Source: an uncultured bacterium (GTDB taxonomy: Bacteria; Patescibacteriota; Patescibacteriia; UBA9570; XYC2-FULL-38-9). Taken from it: a DNA stretch of 57,222 nucleotides. Below, piece by piece: positions 49,080 through 57,222 of this stretch. A program made the translations under genes and the position numbers. The notes under the pieces are model-generated. The model was not told where the DNA came from, did no database searches, and worked only from the letters and a program-made list of their open reading frames with translations. The stretch lies in NCBI GenBank assembly GCA_937996685.1, contig CALKUP010000014.1:1-57222 (forward strand). Reading direction: 5' to 3'. Each line of letters opens with the position of its first letter. Position 1 is the stretch's first letter.

Positions 49080-49955
49080 TCAGTTGGATGATTGATTGGT
49101 GGCTTGTGGGTCCGCAGTGCCGAGCGATGTCAGTGCTTGGTCAACTGCAGTGTTAATTAATTGATTGATTTGATCGTCGCTGTATTTCTTGAGCTCTGCA
49201 TCTGTCACACCAGATTCTTTCAGGATCTTTTTCTTTTCATCAATACTGGCTGTTTTAATTGCAGACGCTTGCGCATTCGCCGCAGCCTGCGGATTCGTCG
49301 CGGTGTTTTGCGTCGCGGATACATTCATCGCATCTTTCGCAAGATTTAATAATGTCGCATCATCCGTTTTATTCAGCACATCGTCTGTCACACCTTTTGA
49401 TTTTAAAAAGGTTCGTAATTTTGCCGGATCTTCAGACAGTGTCGCAAGCTCACTTGCAGTATTTGTGTCAGCTGCAGCCGTGTTCGCATTTTGTAAATTT
49501 GAAAATGCATCAAGCGCCGCAGAACTAATTTGCGCGTTTGCATTCGCGGTTGCCTTTGATGCCTGCTGACACTCTGTCCCTTCTGGACAATTTGGATTTG
49601 TCCCAGCAGTCACTTCCTCATTATCTTTTTTTCCATCAGAATCGGAATCAGCAAGATACGGACTCGTGCCATAGACATAGCCTTCATCAAAATCATTCAA
49701 TGTGTCGTTGTCAGAGTCTTTGGCTTTTAATTCTGCCACATTCGCCGCTTCTGATGTGTTTGTAATTGTATTTGCCTGCGTTTGCGCATCAGCAATTTGT
49801 TTTTGCACTTGCGCCTGCGCTGGCTGCAAAACATTCCGACTGTAGGATGTCATATAGCCGTTGATTTGCATGAATCCGCCAACAACAATCACAACGCCAA
49901 CCACGCCTAAAATATACAACGACAACCGATCCATTTGTTTTGCGGAAAGTTCCAT
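49080..49955 (-). CDS. Bitopic protein with thrombospondin-type-3-like Ca-binding repeats and two internal GVTD repeats
   Basis: N-terminal TM segment. DSDNDTLNDFDEGYVYGTSPYLADSDSDGKKDNEEVTAGTNPNCPEGTEC. Repeats LKSKGVTDDVLNKTDDATLLNL and LKESGVTDAELKKYSDDQINQL. The next ATG is 10 nt downstream of its stop. Confidence 0.6.
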   Translation of the reverse strand: MELSAKQMDRLSLYILGVVGVVIVVGGFMQINGYMTSYSRNVLQPAQAQVQKQIADAQTQANTITNTSEAANVAELKAKDSDNDTLNDFDEGYVYGTSPYLADSDSDGKKDNEEVTAGTNPNCPEGTECQQASKATANANAQISSAALDAFSNLQNANTAAADTNTASELATLSEDPAKLRTFLKSKGVTDDVLNKTDDATLLNLAKDAMNVSATQNTATNPQAAANAQASAIKTASIDEKKKILKESGVTDAELKKYSDDQINQLINTAVDQALTSLGTADPQATNQSSN

Positions 49956-49979
49956 GTTTTATTTGAAAATGATGGCGTG

Positions 49980-50009
49980 ATTATAACAGAAATTTCAATA
50001 CACCGTCAA
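49980..50009 (-). promoter_or_regulatory. Sigma70-like promoter of the giant-protein operon
   Basis: On the minus strand: TTGACG, 18 nt, TATAAT. The -10 box lies 24 nt upstream of the ATG at 49955. It shares an 18-nt block with 36684-36701. Confidence 0.55.
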
Positions 50010-50017
50010 CTTCAATT

Positions 50018-50833
50018 TTAGAGTACGGAGCGCAATTCTTCCCACTGCTCAATAGACAACTCTTGTGGTCGCGCACTTGGTGACAACTTGGCTTTTTCTA
50101 ACGCTTCTTTGGCGGCAGCACTCTCGATATGTAAACCGCTACTAATATTGTTATGCAATTGTTTGCGACGACTCGCAAAACCGATATTCACCAATCGCAT
50201 CAAGGCCTCTGGGTCTTTTGATAAAGCTGTTTCGCGCATTTCTAAATGAATAATCGCGCTATCAACTTTCGGTGCTGGATAAAAACTCTCCGGCGGAACC
50301 AAGCGAACAATCGTTGGAATTGCATAGAGCTGGGTTGCAACCGCAAGAACACTCATGCTCCCTGGTTTTGCTGCCATACGCTCTGCAACTTCTTTTTGCA
50401 CCAACACAGTCATTGATTTTGGGCGTGGGGTTTTTTCCAAAAAGTGCCGCATAATCCACGATGTAATACTGTATGGCAAATTTGCAACCAACTTGTATTG
50501 CAAATCATGCAAGCCATGTTCTTCTAAATGCACAACCCGAACATCACTATTCACAACTGTCAGATTTGGGTAGAGCGCTTGTTGTTTTGCAAGACCCGCC
50601 GCAAGCACGCGATCTTGTTCAACCGCGACAACCGAACCAGCCGCCGCGCACAGCTTTGTTGTCAGCGCGCCAAAGCCCGGACCAATTTCAAGCACAGTGT
50701 CATCTTTTGTCACTCCAGCCGCATCAATGCTCGCATCAACAACGCTATCGTCTAATAAAAAATTTTGCCCTTGTTCGCGGCGCGGCACGATGTCGTAATA
50801 GCGTAATAATTCTTTCAGTTCATCAATTGTCAT
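50018..50833 (-). CDS. rsmA: 16S rRNA (adenine1518/1519-N6)-dimethyltransferase RsmA/KsgA
   Basis: GQNFLLD and the SAM motif VLEIGPGFGALT, with the typical length of about 270 aa. Confidence 0.9.
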   Translation of the reverse strand: MTIDELKELLRYYDIVPRREQGQNFLLDDSVVDASIDAAGVTKDDTVLEIGPGFGALTTKLCAAAGSVVAVEQDRVLAAGLAKQQALYPNLTVVNSDVRVVHLEEHGLHDLQYKLVANLPYSITSWIMRHFLEKTPRPKSMTVLVQKEVAERMAAKPGSMSVLAVATQLYAIPTIVRLVPPESFYPAPKVDSAIIHLEMRETALSKDPEALMRLVNIGFASRRKQLHNNISSGLHIESAAAKEALEKAKLSPSARPQELSIEQWEELRSVL

Positions 50834-50868
50834 ATGTTTTTTATTGTACTGTAAATAATGAGTGCGGA

Positions 50869-50948
50869 GTAGGCGTATCTACTCAAAACCGATTAGCAGC
50901 TCTGCTGCCAGAGAGCGCAGCGAACGGGGTTTTGAGAGATATGCCTAC
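50869..50948. repeat. Long imperfect inverted repeat / candidate structured RNA between leuS and rsmA
   Basis: GTAGGCGTATCTACTCAAAACC (50869-50890) pairs with GGTTTTGAGAGATATGCCTAC (50928-50948), with one bulge and one G:U pair. An inner hairpin GCAGC-TCT-GCTGC is present. Confidence 0.5.
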
Positions 50949-50969
50949 GCAAGCACTGATCACAAGTGT

Positions 50970-53354
50970 TTATATAATGATGTTCAAGATTTTTCCTGGG
51001 ACGTAAATGATTTTTTTCGGTGTTGCGTCGCCAAGATGTTTTTGCAAGCTCGCTGATTCTTGCACTTCGTTGAGCGCAACGTCTTGTGTTGCTGTTGGTG
51101 CAACTTCAATTGTCCCGCGCATCTTTCCATTGACTTGCACGCCAATAGTCACGACATCTTCAACTAAGTCCGCTTGATTCACGCTTGGCCAATGAATCGC
51201 GCTGACAAACGATTCATTACCAAGTGTGCGCCATAATTCTTCAGTAATATGCGGCGCGAATGGCGATAAGAGTGTGAGTAAATATTCATATTGTGCACGA
51301 CTGATTGCATCTGCTTTTTCCATTGCTCCCACGACAATCATTAAGGCGCTGATCGCTGTATTGAATTTCATCGCTTCAATATCTGCAGCGATTTTCACAT
51401 TCGCACGCGACAGTGCTTTATCGATTGCCGCATCACCAGCCTCACTTACTCGAGACTGTAATTTCCAGACACGCTCTAAGAATCGACGAATCCCATTCAT
51501 CGCACCAGTGTCCCATGGATAGGTTCCAGGTTCATTGTATGGTCCGATAAACGCCAAATACATTTTCACTGTATCAGCGCCATATTTTTCTACTTCAACA
51601 TCCGGGTCAATGACATTACCTTTTGATTTACTCATTTTGTGACCATCGGGCCCCAAGATCAACCCGCGATTCATCCGATTGACGTATGGCTCTGCAACTT
51701 CTGAAAGACCCAGATCATGCAACGCTAAATTGAAAAATCGAGAATAGAGCAAATGCATCGTTGTGTGCTCCGCGCCACCAGAATACCGATCAACCGGCAT
51801 CCAAGCTTTTTGTGCTTCAACACTTGCAAACTCTTCTGTATTTTGCGGATCAAGATACCGCAAGTAATACCACGATGAATCAATAAACGTATCCATGGTA
51901 TCAATTTCTGGAGTCCAGCCTTTGCCGAAAATTCGTTCTGTGCGTTCAAACAATTCTTTTGAGGTCGCGAGCGGCGCAACACCAGTTGGTGTGAAATCCA
52001 CGTCCGTCGGTAACTCCCACGGCAAATGCTCTTTTGGAATTGCGTGCGGTTTTCCTTCTGGATCGTAAACAATCGGCATCGGTGTTCCCCAATACCGCTG
52101 ACGAGAAATCAGCCAATCACGGAGTTTATACGTCGTTTTTGTACGACCAAATTGTTCTGCGATTTTCCATTTCGCTTCTTCATTGTTCATGCCATCGAAT
52201 GCGCCGGAATTCATCAACACTCCACTATCTGTATATGCAGCGGTTTCAATAGCCGCGTCATCAGACTGCACAACCTGAACAATCGGCAATGCAAACTTTT
52301 TCGCAAATTCGAAATCCCGTTCATCATGCGCCGGAACGGCCATAACCGCGCCTGTGCCATAGGTCGCGAGAGCATAATCCGCAATCCACACTGGAACCTG
52401 CTCACCTGTCGCTGGGTTCACAGCAAACGCGCCAGTAAAGACACCGGTTTTTTCTTTATCCGCGCCGGTGCGTTCAATCTCATTTTTCTTCGATGCAGCT
52501 TCTTTATATATACGGACAGTTTCTTGCTGCTCTTTTGTTGTTAGTACATCAACCAATGGATGCTCTGGAGCGAGTACAACATACGTCACACCAAACACCG
52601 TATCCGGACGCGTCGTAAAGACCGTAATCACCTCATCTGAATCAACCACCGCAAAATCCAATTCCGCACCTTCTGATTTTCCGATCCAATTGCGTTGTGA
52701 TTGCTTAATTTCTTCCGGCCATGGCAACCCATCCAAACCAGTCAGCAACTGCTCCGCATAATCCGTAATTTTCAAAAACCATTGTTCGAGCGCGCGTTTT
52801 TCAATAACAGCACTACATCGCTCACACGTTCCGTCAGACAACACCTGTTCGTTGGCAAGTACTGTCTGATCTTGCGGACACCAGTTCACTTCCGCCTTTT
52901 TCCGATACGCCATCCCCTTTTCAAATAGCTGCAAAAACAACCATTGCGTCCATTTATAGGTCGCTGGATCTGACGAAATCACCCGCCGTGACCAATCAAA
53001 CGAATTACCCATGCTCTTGAGCTGCTGCGTCATGTATTCAATATTGGAATAGGTCCACTCTTTTGGGTCGAGTCCACGTTTAATCGCCGCATTTTCCGCT
53101 GGCAGTCCAAATGAGTCAAAACCCATTGGAAATAGGACATTATAGCCTTGCATTCGCTTAAAACGCGCTAAAATATCCGGAACTGCGAACGCATACCAGT
53201 GTCCAATATGCAGATTTCCAGACGGATATGGGTATTCCACTAATAAATAGTAGTTTTCTTTGCCTGATTCCTGGTTTTTCACCGCAAAAAGACCACTCTC
53301 TTCCCACTCCTGCTGCCATTTCGGCTCAATGACCTGTGGATGATATTCGTTCAT
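50970..53354 (-). CDS. leuS: Leucine--tRNA ligase
   Basis: HIGH region (GNLHIGH), KMSKS (HKMSKSKGN), a CP1 editing domain and typical length. ATG at 53354 (the ORF-track start at 53363 is TTG). Confidence 0.95.
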   Translation of the reverse strand: MNEYHPQVIEPKWQQEWEESGLFAVKNQESGKENYYLLVEYPYPSGNLHIGHWYAFAVPDILARFKRMQGYNVLFPMGFDSFGLPAENAAIKRGLDPKEWTYSNIEYMTQQLKSMGNSFDWSRRVISSDPATYKWTQWLFLQLFEKGMAYRKKAEVNWCPQDQTVLANEQVLSDGTCERCSAVIEKRALEQWFLKITDYAEQLLTGLDGLPWPEEIKQSQRNWIGKSEGAELDFAVVDSDEVITVFTTRPDTVFGVTYVVLAPEHPLVDVLTTKEQQETVRIYKEAASKKNEIERTGADKEKTGVFTGAFAVNPATGEQVPVWIADYALATYGTGAVMAVPAHDERDFEFAKKFALPIVQVVQSDDAAIETAAYTDSGVLMNSGAFDGMNNEEAKWKIAEQFGRTKTTYKLRDWLISRQRYWGTPMPIVYDPEGKPHAIPKEHLPWELPTDVDFTPTGVAPLATSKELFERTERIFGKGWTPEIDTMDTFIDSSWYYLRYLDPQNTEEFASVEAQKAWMPVDRYSGGAEHTTMHLLYSRFFNLALHDLGLSEVAEPYVNRMNRGLILGPDGHKMSKSKGNVIDPDVEVEKYGADTVKMYLAFIGPYNEPGTYPWDTGAMNGIRRFLERVWKLQSRVSEAGDAAIDKALSRANVKIAADIEAMKFNTAISALMIVVGAMEKADAISRAQYEYLLTLLSPFAPHITEELWRTLGNESFVSAIHWPSVNQADLVEDVVTIGVQVNGKMRGTIEVAPTATQDVALNEVQESASLQKHLGDATPKKIIYVPGKILNIII

Positions 53355-53456
53355 ACAATCCAATATTTATAGGGTTATCAATCAATTGACTGTCATGCTA
53401 ACACGGCTTTTCAATTGACTCAAGCGGTTTTGTGTGGCATTCTGACTATTCAAACT

Positions 53457-54854
53457 ATGAAAGCGAAAATCGTTTCATTCCTACTCACCCGCCTGCGAAA
53501 AACGCTTGAATTACTGCACCGAACAAGTCCTATTCTTGTCAAAATCGGCGCGGCACTTCTTTTACCATTTCTTCTTCTGTGGAAAGCTTTTAATCCACTT
53601 CTTGTTCAATTCTATAAGTTTTTCATTATTATTCGCAAAAATGCTGGGCAATTTTTCCACGCGCAGCATAAAATCCTCGCACTCGTCACCGCGAGCAACA
53701 GTGTTCATCTCTTTATTGGAGCGTTAGTTGTTTCAATTGTTTGGATTAACGTCAATGCCGCTCAAGAAGTGCGTGCAGAAGAGTTTTTGCATGGATCAGT
53801 GATTGATAGCATTTTAAATCCGGATACAGAGACCGTATTGACCGCAAATCCAGTCAAAGCAAACCAAAAAAGCTACATCAACTCTGGCGCTGCAGTGCGA
53901 ACAACCACAAAACTCGACAACAGCACAGAAACGATTAATATCGCAGAAAAAGTCGCAAATGCGAATGGCGGAAACACTACAGCGATCGCAGGAGCGGTTC
54001 AAGGCTCAACTGGTATCGACGACGCTGTTTCTGGAACGAATAAAAAAATTACGAAATATGAAGTGAAGGGCGGCGACACCATTGGCAGTATTGCGAAAGA
54101 TTTTGGTATTTCACAAACCACTATTTTGTCCGCAAACGGCTTAGATGATGCGAGCGCGCGAAAAGTAAAACCTGGCGACTCACTCTATATTTTACCAACT
54201 GATGGGGTTGCACATACTGTTCAAGCTGGTGATACTGCGGATAGCTTGGCGCAAAAATACAGCGCAAATAAAGACGAAATTCTTGCGTACAACAAAATTA
54301 TTGGCTCAACGTTAGAGGCAAATGTTGAAATTATTATTCCAAACGGCAAAAAACCAGAGGAAGCAAAACCAGCAGCGCCAGCCGCACAACCAACAACAAC
54401 TTCAACGAATCGATTTGCACGCTCTGGCAGCACCGGAATTGTGAGCAGCACTGTGAGCAGCGCCCCTGCCCCATCAGCCGCTCCAGCAGCCGGCGGCGGT
54501 TTTGTCTGGCCAACAACAACGCGTCGATTGTCTCGTGGATTTGGATATGGTCACACCGGTCTTGATATTGACGGAAACTACGGCGATCCAATTTATGCCT
54601 CAAAAGGCGGACGCGTGGTTATTGCCGGTGGTGGCGGTAGCGGATACGGCATTCAAGTACTCATTGATCATGGTGGCGGTGTTCAAACACGCTATGGTCA
54701 TTTGCAAAAATTATATGTCAGTGCGGGACAAAATGTCAGTGCGGGACAAACCATCGGTCAAGAAGGATCTACCGGCAACTCAACTGGGTCTCATCTTCAT
54801 TTTGAAACCATCATTAACGGACGAACCGTCAATCCATTTAACTACGTTCGATAA
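53457..54854 (+). CDS. Membrane-anchored LysM-repeat M23 (LytM-type) metalloendopeptidase
   Basis: Two LysM repeats (YEVKGGDTIGSIAKDFGIS and HTVQAGDTADSLAQKYSAN). M23 motifs HTGLDID and GSTGNSTGSHLHFE. ATG at 53457. Confidence 0.88.
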   Translation: MKAKIVSFLLTRLRKTLELLHRTSPILVKIGAALLLPFLLLWKAFNPLLVQFYKFFIIIRKNAGQFFHAQHKILALVTASNSVHLFIGALVVSIVWINVNAAQEVRAEEFLHGSVIDSILNPDTETVLTANPVKANQKSYINSGAAVRTTTKLDNSTETINIAEKVANANGGNTTAIAGAVQGSTGIDDAVSGTNKKITKYEVKGGDTIGSIAKDFGISQTTILSANGLDDASARKVKPGDSLYILPTDGVAHTVQAGDTADSLAQKYSANKDEILAYNKIIGSTLEANVEIIIPNGKKPEEAKPAAPAAQPTTTSTNRFARSGSTGIVSSTVSSAPAPSAAPAAGGGFVWPTTTRRLSRGFGYGHTGLDIDGNYGDPIYASKGGRVVIAGGGGSGYGIQVLIDHGGGVQTRYGHLQKLYVSAGQNVSAGQTIGQEGSTGNSTGSHLHFETIINGRTVNPFNYVR

Positions 54855-54870
54855 GAGCGTGGATGCAAAT

Positions 54871-54897
54871 AAAAAAACCGCTATATGCGGCTTTTTT
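54871..54897. terminator. Bidirectional rho-independent terminator between convergent genes
   Basis: A7-CCGC-TATAT-GCGG-C-T6: a short GC stem extendable by A:U pairs, with U-tracts on both strands. Confidence 0.55.
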
Positions 54898-54916
54898 ATT
54901 TATTTTTAGGCAAATA

Positions 54917-55294
54917 CTACGCTAATACTGATTTAATTTTTTCAACAATTTCACCAGTTGTAAAGTTTGCTTTCACAAGGAAATCTTTTGCACCAAGCTC
55001 TAAGCCTTTTTGAATCTTACTTTCTTGACCAAAGTTGCTCATGATAATCACAGGAATTTTTGTAAACGGCTCGCCAAGCTTTTGAATACCTTCAAGTACT
55101 TCAAAACCAGTAATTCCAGGCAACATGATATCAAGCAAGATCACTTGAGGACTCACTTCTGACACTTTTTGCAATCCAGCTTCACCGTCAGTTGCAAGTG
55201 TCACTGTAAAGCCTTCTTTTGAAAGCTTTGTAGACATCAGTTCTGACAAGAATTTGTCATCTTCGATAATAAGGACAGATGTTGATTCGGGCAT
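54917..55294 (-). CDS. Single-domain response regulator (CheY-like receiver)
   Basis: Acidic pocket IIEDD, a phospho-acceptor context ILLDIMLPG, a conserved T/S (IIMSN) and K (AKDFLVK). ATG at 55294. Confidence 0.85.
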   Translation of the reverse strand: MPESTSVLIIEDDKFLSELMSTKLSKEGFTVTLATDGEAGLQKVSEVSPQVILLDIMLPGITGFEVLEGIQKLGEPFTKIPVIIMSNFGQESKIQKGLELGAKDFLVKANFTTGEIVEKIKSVLA

Positions 55295-55343
55295 AACATT
55301 CAAACATTGGTATTTAGATTATTTTTAGTATAGCATAGAGTAT

Positions 55344-56018
55344 ATGAATACTGAAGCCACCTTATTTGTCGTTGCCACCCCAATTGGCAATTACGCCGAC
55401 ATCACACTCCGCGCTCTTGAGACACTGAAGCATGTTTCAATTATTGCCTGCGAGGACACACGCGAAACAGGCCTTTTGCTCAAAGAACATGCCATTGTTG
55501 ATAAAAAGCTGCTCTCATATCACGCGCAATCCGGGCAAGGGCGTGAAGACGAAATTATTCGATTATTACAAGAAGGAACGAACATTGCTGTTGTTTCAGA
55601 CCGTGGCACGCCCGGCATTTCAGACCCTGGACAACGCCTCATTCAACGCGCAATAGAGCACGGTATTACTATTGCGCCAATTCCTGGAGCCGCTGCCTTT
55701 GTCACTGCCCTGCAAGCCTCTGGCGCAGACACAAGTCATTTTGAATACCTTGGCTTTATTCCACATAAAAAAGGGCGCCAAACCTTATTTACCCGCATCG
55801 TGGAAAGTGAGCACACAATGATTTGCTACGAATCACCGCATCGACTCTTAAAAACACTCGAAGCGTTAAAAGACTGCCCAAAACGATTGATTGTTTGTCG
55901 AGAAATCACTAAAACACATGAAGAATTTGTCCGCGGGACTTGCGCTGAGGTGTACCAAGAATTTTTGAATCGAGACAAAATACTCGGTGAGTTTGTTCTC
56001 ATCATCGACAAAAAGTAA
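55344..56018 (+). CDS. rsmI: 16S rRNA (cytidine1402-2'-O)-methyltransferase RsmI
   Basis: The N-terminus LFVVATPIGNYADITLRALETLKHVSIIACEDTR and SDRGTPGISDPG are typical of RsmI (tetrapyrrole-methylase fold). Confidence 0.9.
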   Translation: MNTEATLFVVATPIGNYADITLRALETLKHVSIIACEDTRETGLLLKEHAIVDKKLLSYHAQSGQGREDEIIRLLQEGTNIAVVSDRGTPGISDPGQRLIQRAIEHGITIAPIPGAAAFVTALQASGADTSHFEYLGFIPHKKGRQTLFTRIVESEHTMICYESPHRLLKTLEALKDCPKRLIVCREITKTHEEFVRGTCAEVYQEFLNRDKILGEFVLIIDKK

Positions 56019-56021
56019 TTG

Positions 56022-57222
56022 CTATTCCGCACGAGCTGTTAAGCGGAATGCCTCAGCAACATGGGCTGTTGTGATTGCGCTTGATTCTGCAATATCGGCA
56101 ATCGTTCGCGCGAGACGCAAGGCTTTTGTGTATCCACGCATTGACAGTAATCCATTGTGCAGCGCTGTATCAAGCAGCTGCGTCGCTGCAACATCATGAA
56201 CATACTGCTCGAGTTCTTGAATTGTCGCTTGCGCATTCAATACTCCTCGCTGTTGTTGCACCATTCGGACGCGCAACACAATATCTTTCATCTGCGCCGT
56301 ATTCATCTCCCCCATTGCAACTGAGCGATTTTTTTGTTTCAAGTCCGCTGGGTCAATTGATTGCACAAACAACTTAATATCAAATCGATCCATCATCGGA
56401 CCGGATAATTTTCGTTGATATCGATCAATAGATTGTGGACTGCACACGCACACCCCTTGCTTGGCGCCACACGGACACGGATTATGTGCAGCGATCACCA
56501 TCGAACGCGCTGGATATTCCACCGAGCCCGCAGCCCGAGTAATGTGAATAATCCCAGACTCTAACGGCTCGCGCAGTGCTTCAATAATGTCCCGACGAAA
56601 TTCAGGGAACTCATCAAGAAATAACACGCCATTATGCGCAAGTGAAATTTCACCTGGCCGCAGTTGCGCGCCGCCGCCAAGAATTGCTGGACTTGAGGCC
56701 AAATGATGCGGGCTGCGAAACGGCCTTTGTGTCACGCTCGATACACCCGGATTTACAATCGAGTGAATTTTTGTTGTTTCAACAATTTCTGTATCTGTCA
56801 TTGGCGGCAAAATTGACGGCAGCGCTTTTGCAAGCAATGTCTTCCCGGCTCCTGGCGGTCCGGAAATAATCACATTGTGCCCACCGGCTGCAGCAATCAG
56901 CAGCGCACGCTTTGGAAGCGCGTGTCCAATAATCTCGTCATAGGAAAATCCCACATCACTTGCCTCATCATCTACAACATCTTTAATCATTGCATGCGGC
57001 AAAGCTCGGACAGTATTCATGTACTCGACAACTTCACCGAGGGTTTCCGCAAATAACACTTTGTCTGAATTCAGAATTGCACACTCTGCCTTATTCTCAC
57101 TCGGTAAAATAATTGTCTTGCCCAAACGAATTGCTTCATGCGCATAAATCAGCGCGCCCGACACCGGACGCGTACGACCATCAAGCGCGAGCTCTGCCAC
57201 CGCGACAATATCTGAACGAGAT
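56022..57222 (-). CDS. comM: YifB/ComM-family Mg-chelatase-like AAA+ ATPase (5' end outside the window)
   Basis: Walker A GPPGAGKT and Walker B LFLDEFPEF. The reading frame stays open past the ORF-track GTG to the window edge, and the Lon-like N-domain is truncated. Confidence 0.85.
   Translation of the reverse strand, partial: SRSDIVAVAELALDGRTRPVSGALIYAHEAIRLGKTIILPSENKAECAILNSDKVLFAETLGEVVEYMNTVRALPHAMIKDVVDDEASDVGFSYDEIIGHALPKRALLIAAAGGHNVIISGPPGAGKTLLAKALPSILPPMTDTEIVETTKIHSIVNPGVSSVTQRPFRSPHHLASSPAILGGGAQLRPGEISLAHNGVLFLDEFPEFRRDIIEALREPLESGIIHITRAAGSVEYPARSMVIAAHNPCPCGAKQGVCVCSPQSIDRYQRKLSGPMMDRFDIKLFVQSIDPADLKQKNRSVAMGEMNTAQMKDIVLRVRMVQQQRGVLNAQATIQELEQYVHDVAATQLLDTALHNGLLSMRGYTKALRLARTIADIAESSAITTAHVAEAFRLTARAE

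Noticed and set aside
21188-49955. Interpretation of the whole block as an integrative conjugative element or plasmid segment.
   Set aside because: No relaxase, coupling protein, integrase or replication gene is visible, there are no flanking direct repeats, and the composition matches the host apart from the 380-bp island. A chromosomal, non-conjugative system is the better fit, although genes outside the window could change this.
50869-50948. Inverted repeat considered as a tRNA-like element, SRP RNA or intrinsic terminator.
   Set aside because: It has no cloverleaf, no SRP helix-8 type motif, and no U-tract after the stem on either strand. It is kept only as an unexplained structured element.
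1-57222. Alternative genetic code with UGA recoding, as in some CPR lineages.
   Set aside because: Long housekeeping ORFs (leuS, clpC, recG) are intact under the standard code, and TGA terminates several well-defined genes, for example at 9038 and 49080.
1-57222. CRISPR arrays, rRNA genes, transposases, integrases or prophage genes.
   Set aside because: I saw no regularly spaced short repeats, no rRNA-like sequence, and no DDE or tyrosine/serine recombinase motifs in any ORF.

Overview
57.2-kb window from a low-GC (about 40-45% by eye), gene-dense bacterial genome that uses the standard code, since TGA is used as a stop. The gene content is housekeeping genes, many bitopic or secreted hypothetical proteins, a Gram-positive-type type IV secretion (T4SS)-like locus and one giant gene. 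This resembles a reduced, possibly CPR/Patescibacteria-like episymbiont, but the taxonomy is inference only.

Layout:
- 1-21 kb: housekeeping and accessory genes (lemA-htpX, clpC, comF, a SulP transporter, a cluster of small DUF proteins next to two tRNA-Ser genes, tRNA-Arg, murF, recG, radA).
- 21.2-50.0 kb: one co-directional minus-strand block. It holds a 12-gene T4SS-like operon (VirB4, PrgI/VirB3-like, VirB6-like, a VirB8-like candidate, and two pilin-module/peptidoglycan-hydrolase fusions) with embedded DsbA-like and beta-propeller genes. It also holds a phosphorylase-fold gene, a tiny GC-rich foreign-looking lipoprotein gene, and a two-gene operon encoding a TSP3-repeat membrane protein plus a 3314-aa cysteine-rich secreted protein carrying four lectin-like modules.
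- 50-57 kb: rsmA, leuS, a LysM-M23 peptidase, a receiver-domain protein, rsmI and a truncated comM/yifB.

No relaxase, VirD4, integrase, transposase, CRISPR array or rRNA was seen. The two operons of the central block carry a near-identical 18-nt promoter core. The left contig end starts with Illumina adapter sequence followed by a GC-rich cupin gene, so it may be an artefact or a horizontal transfer.
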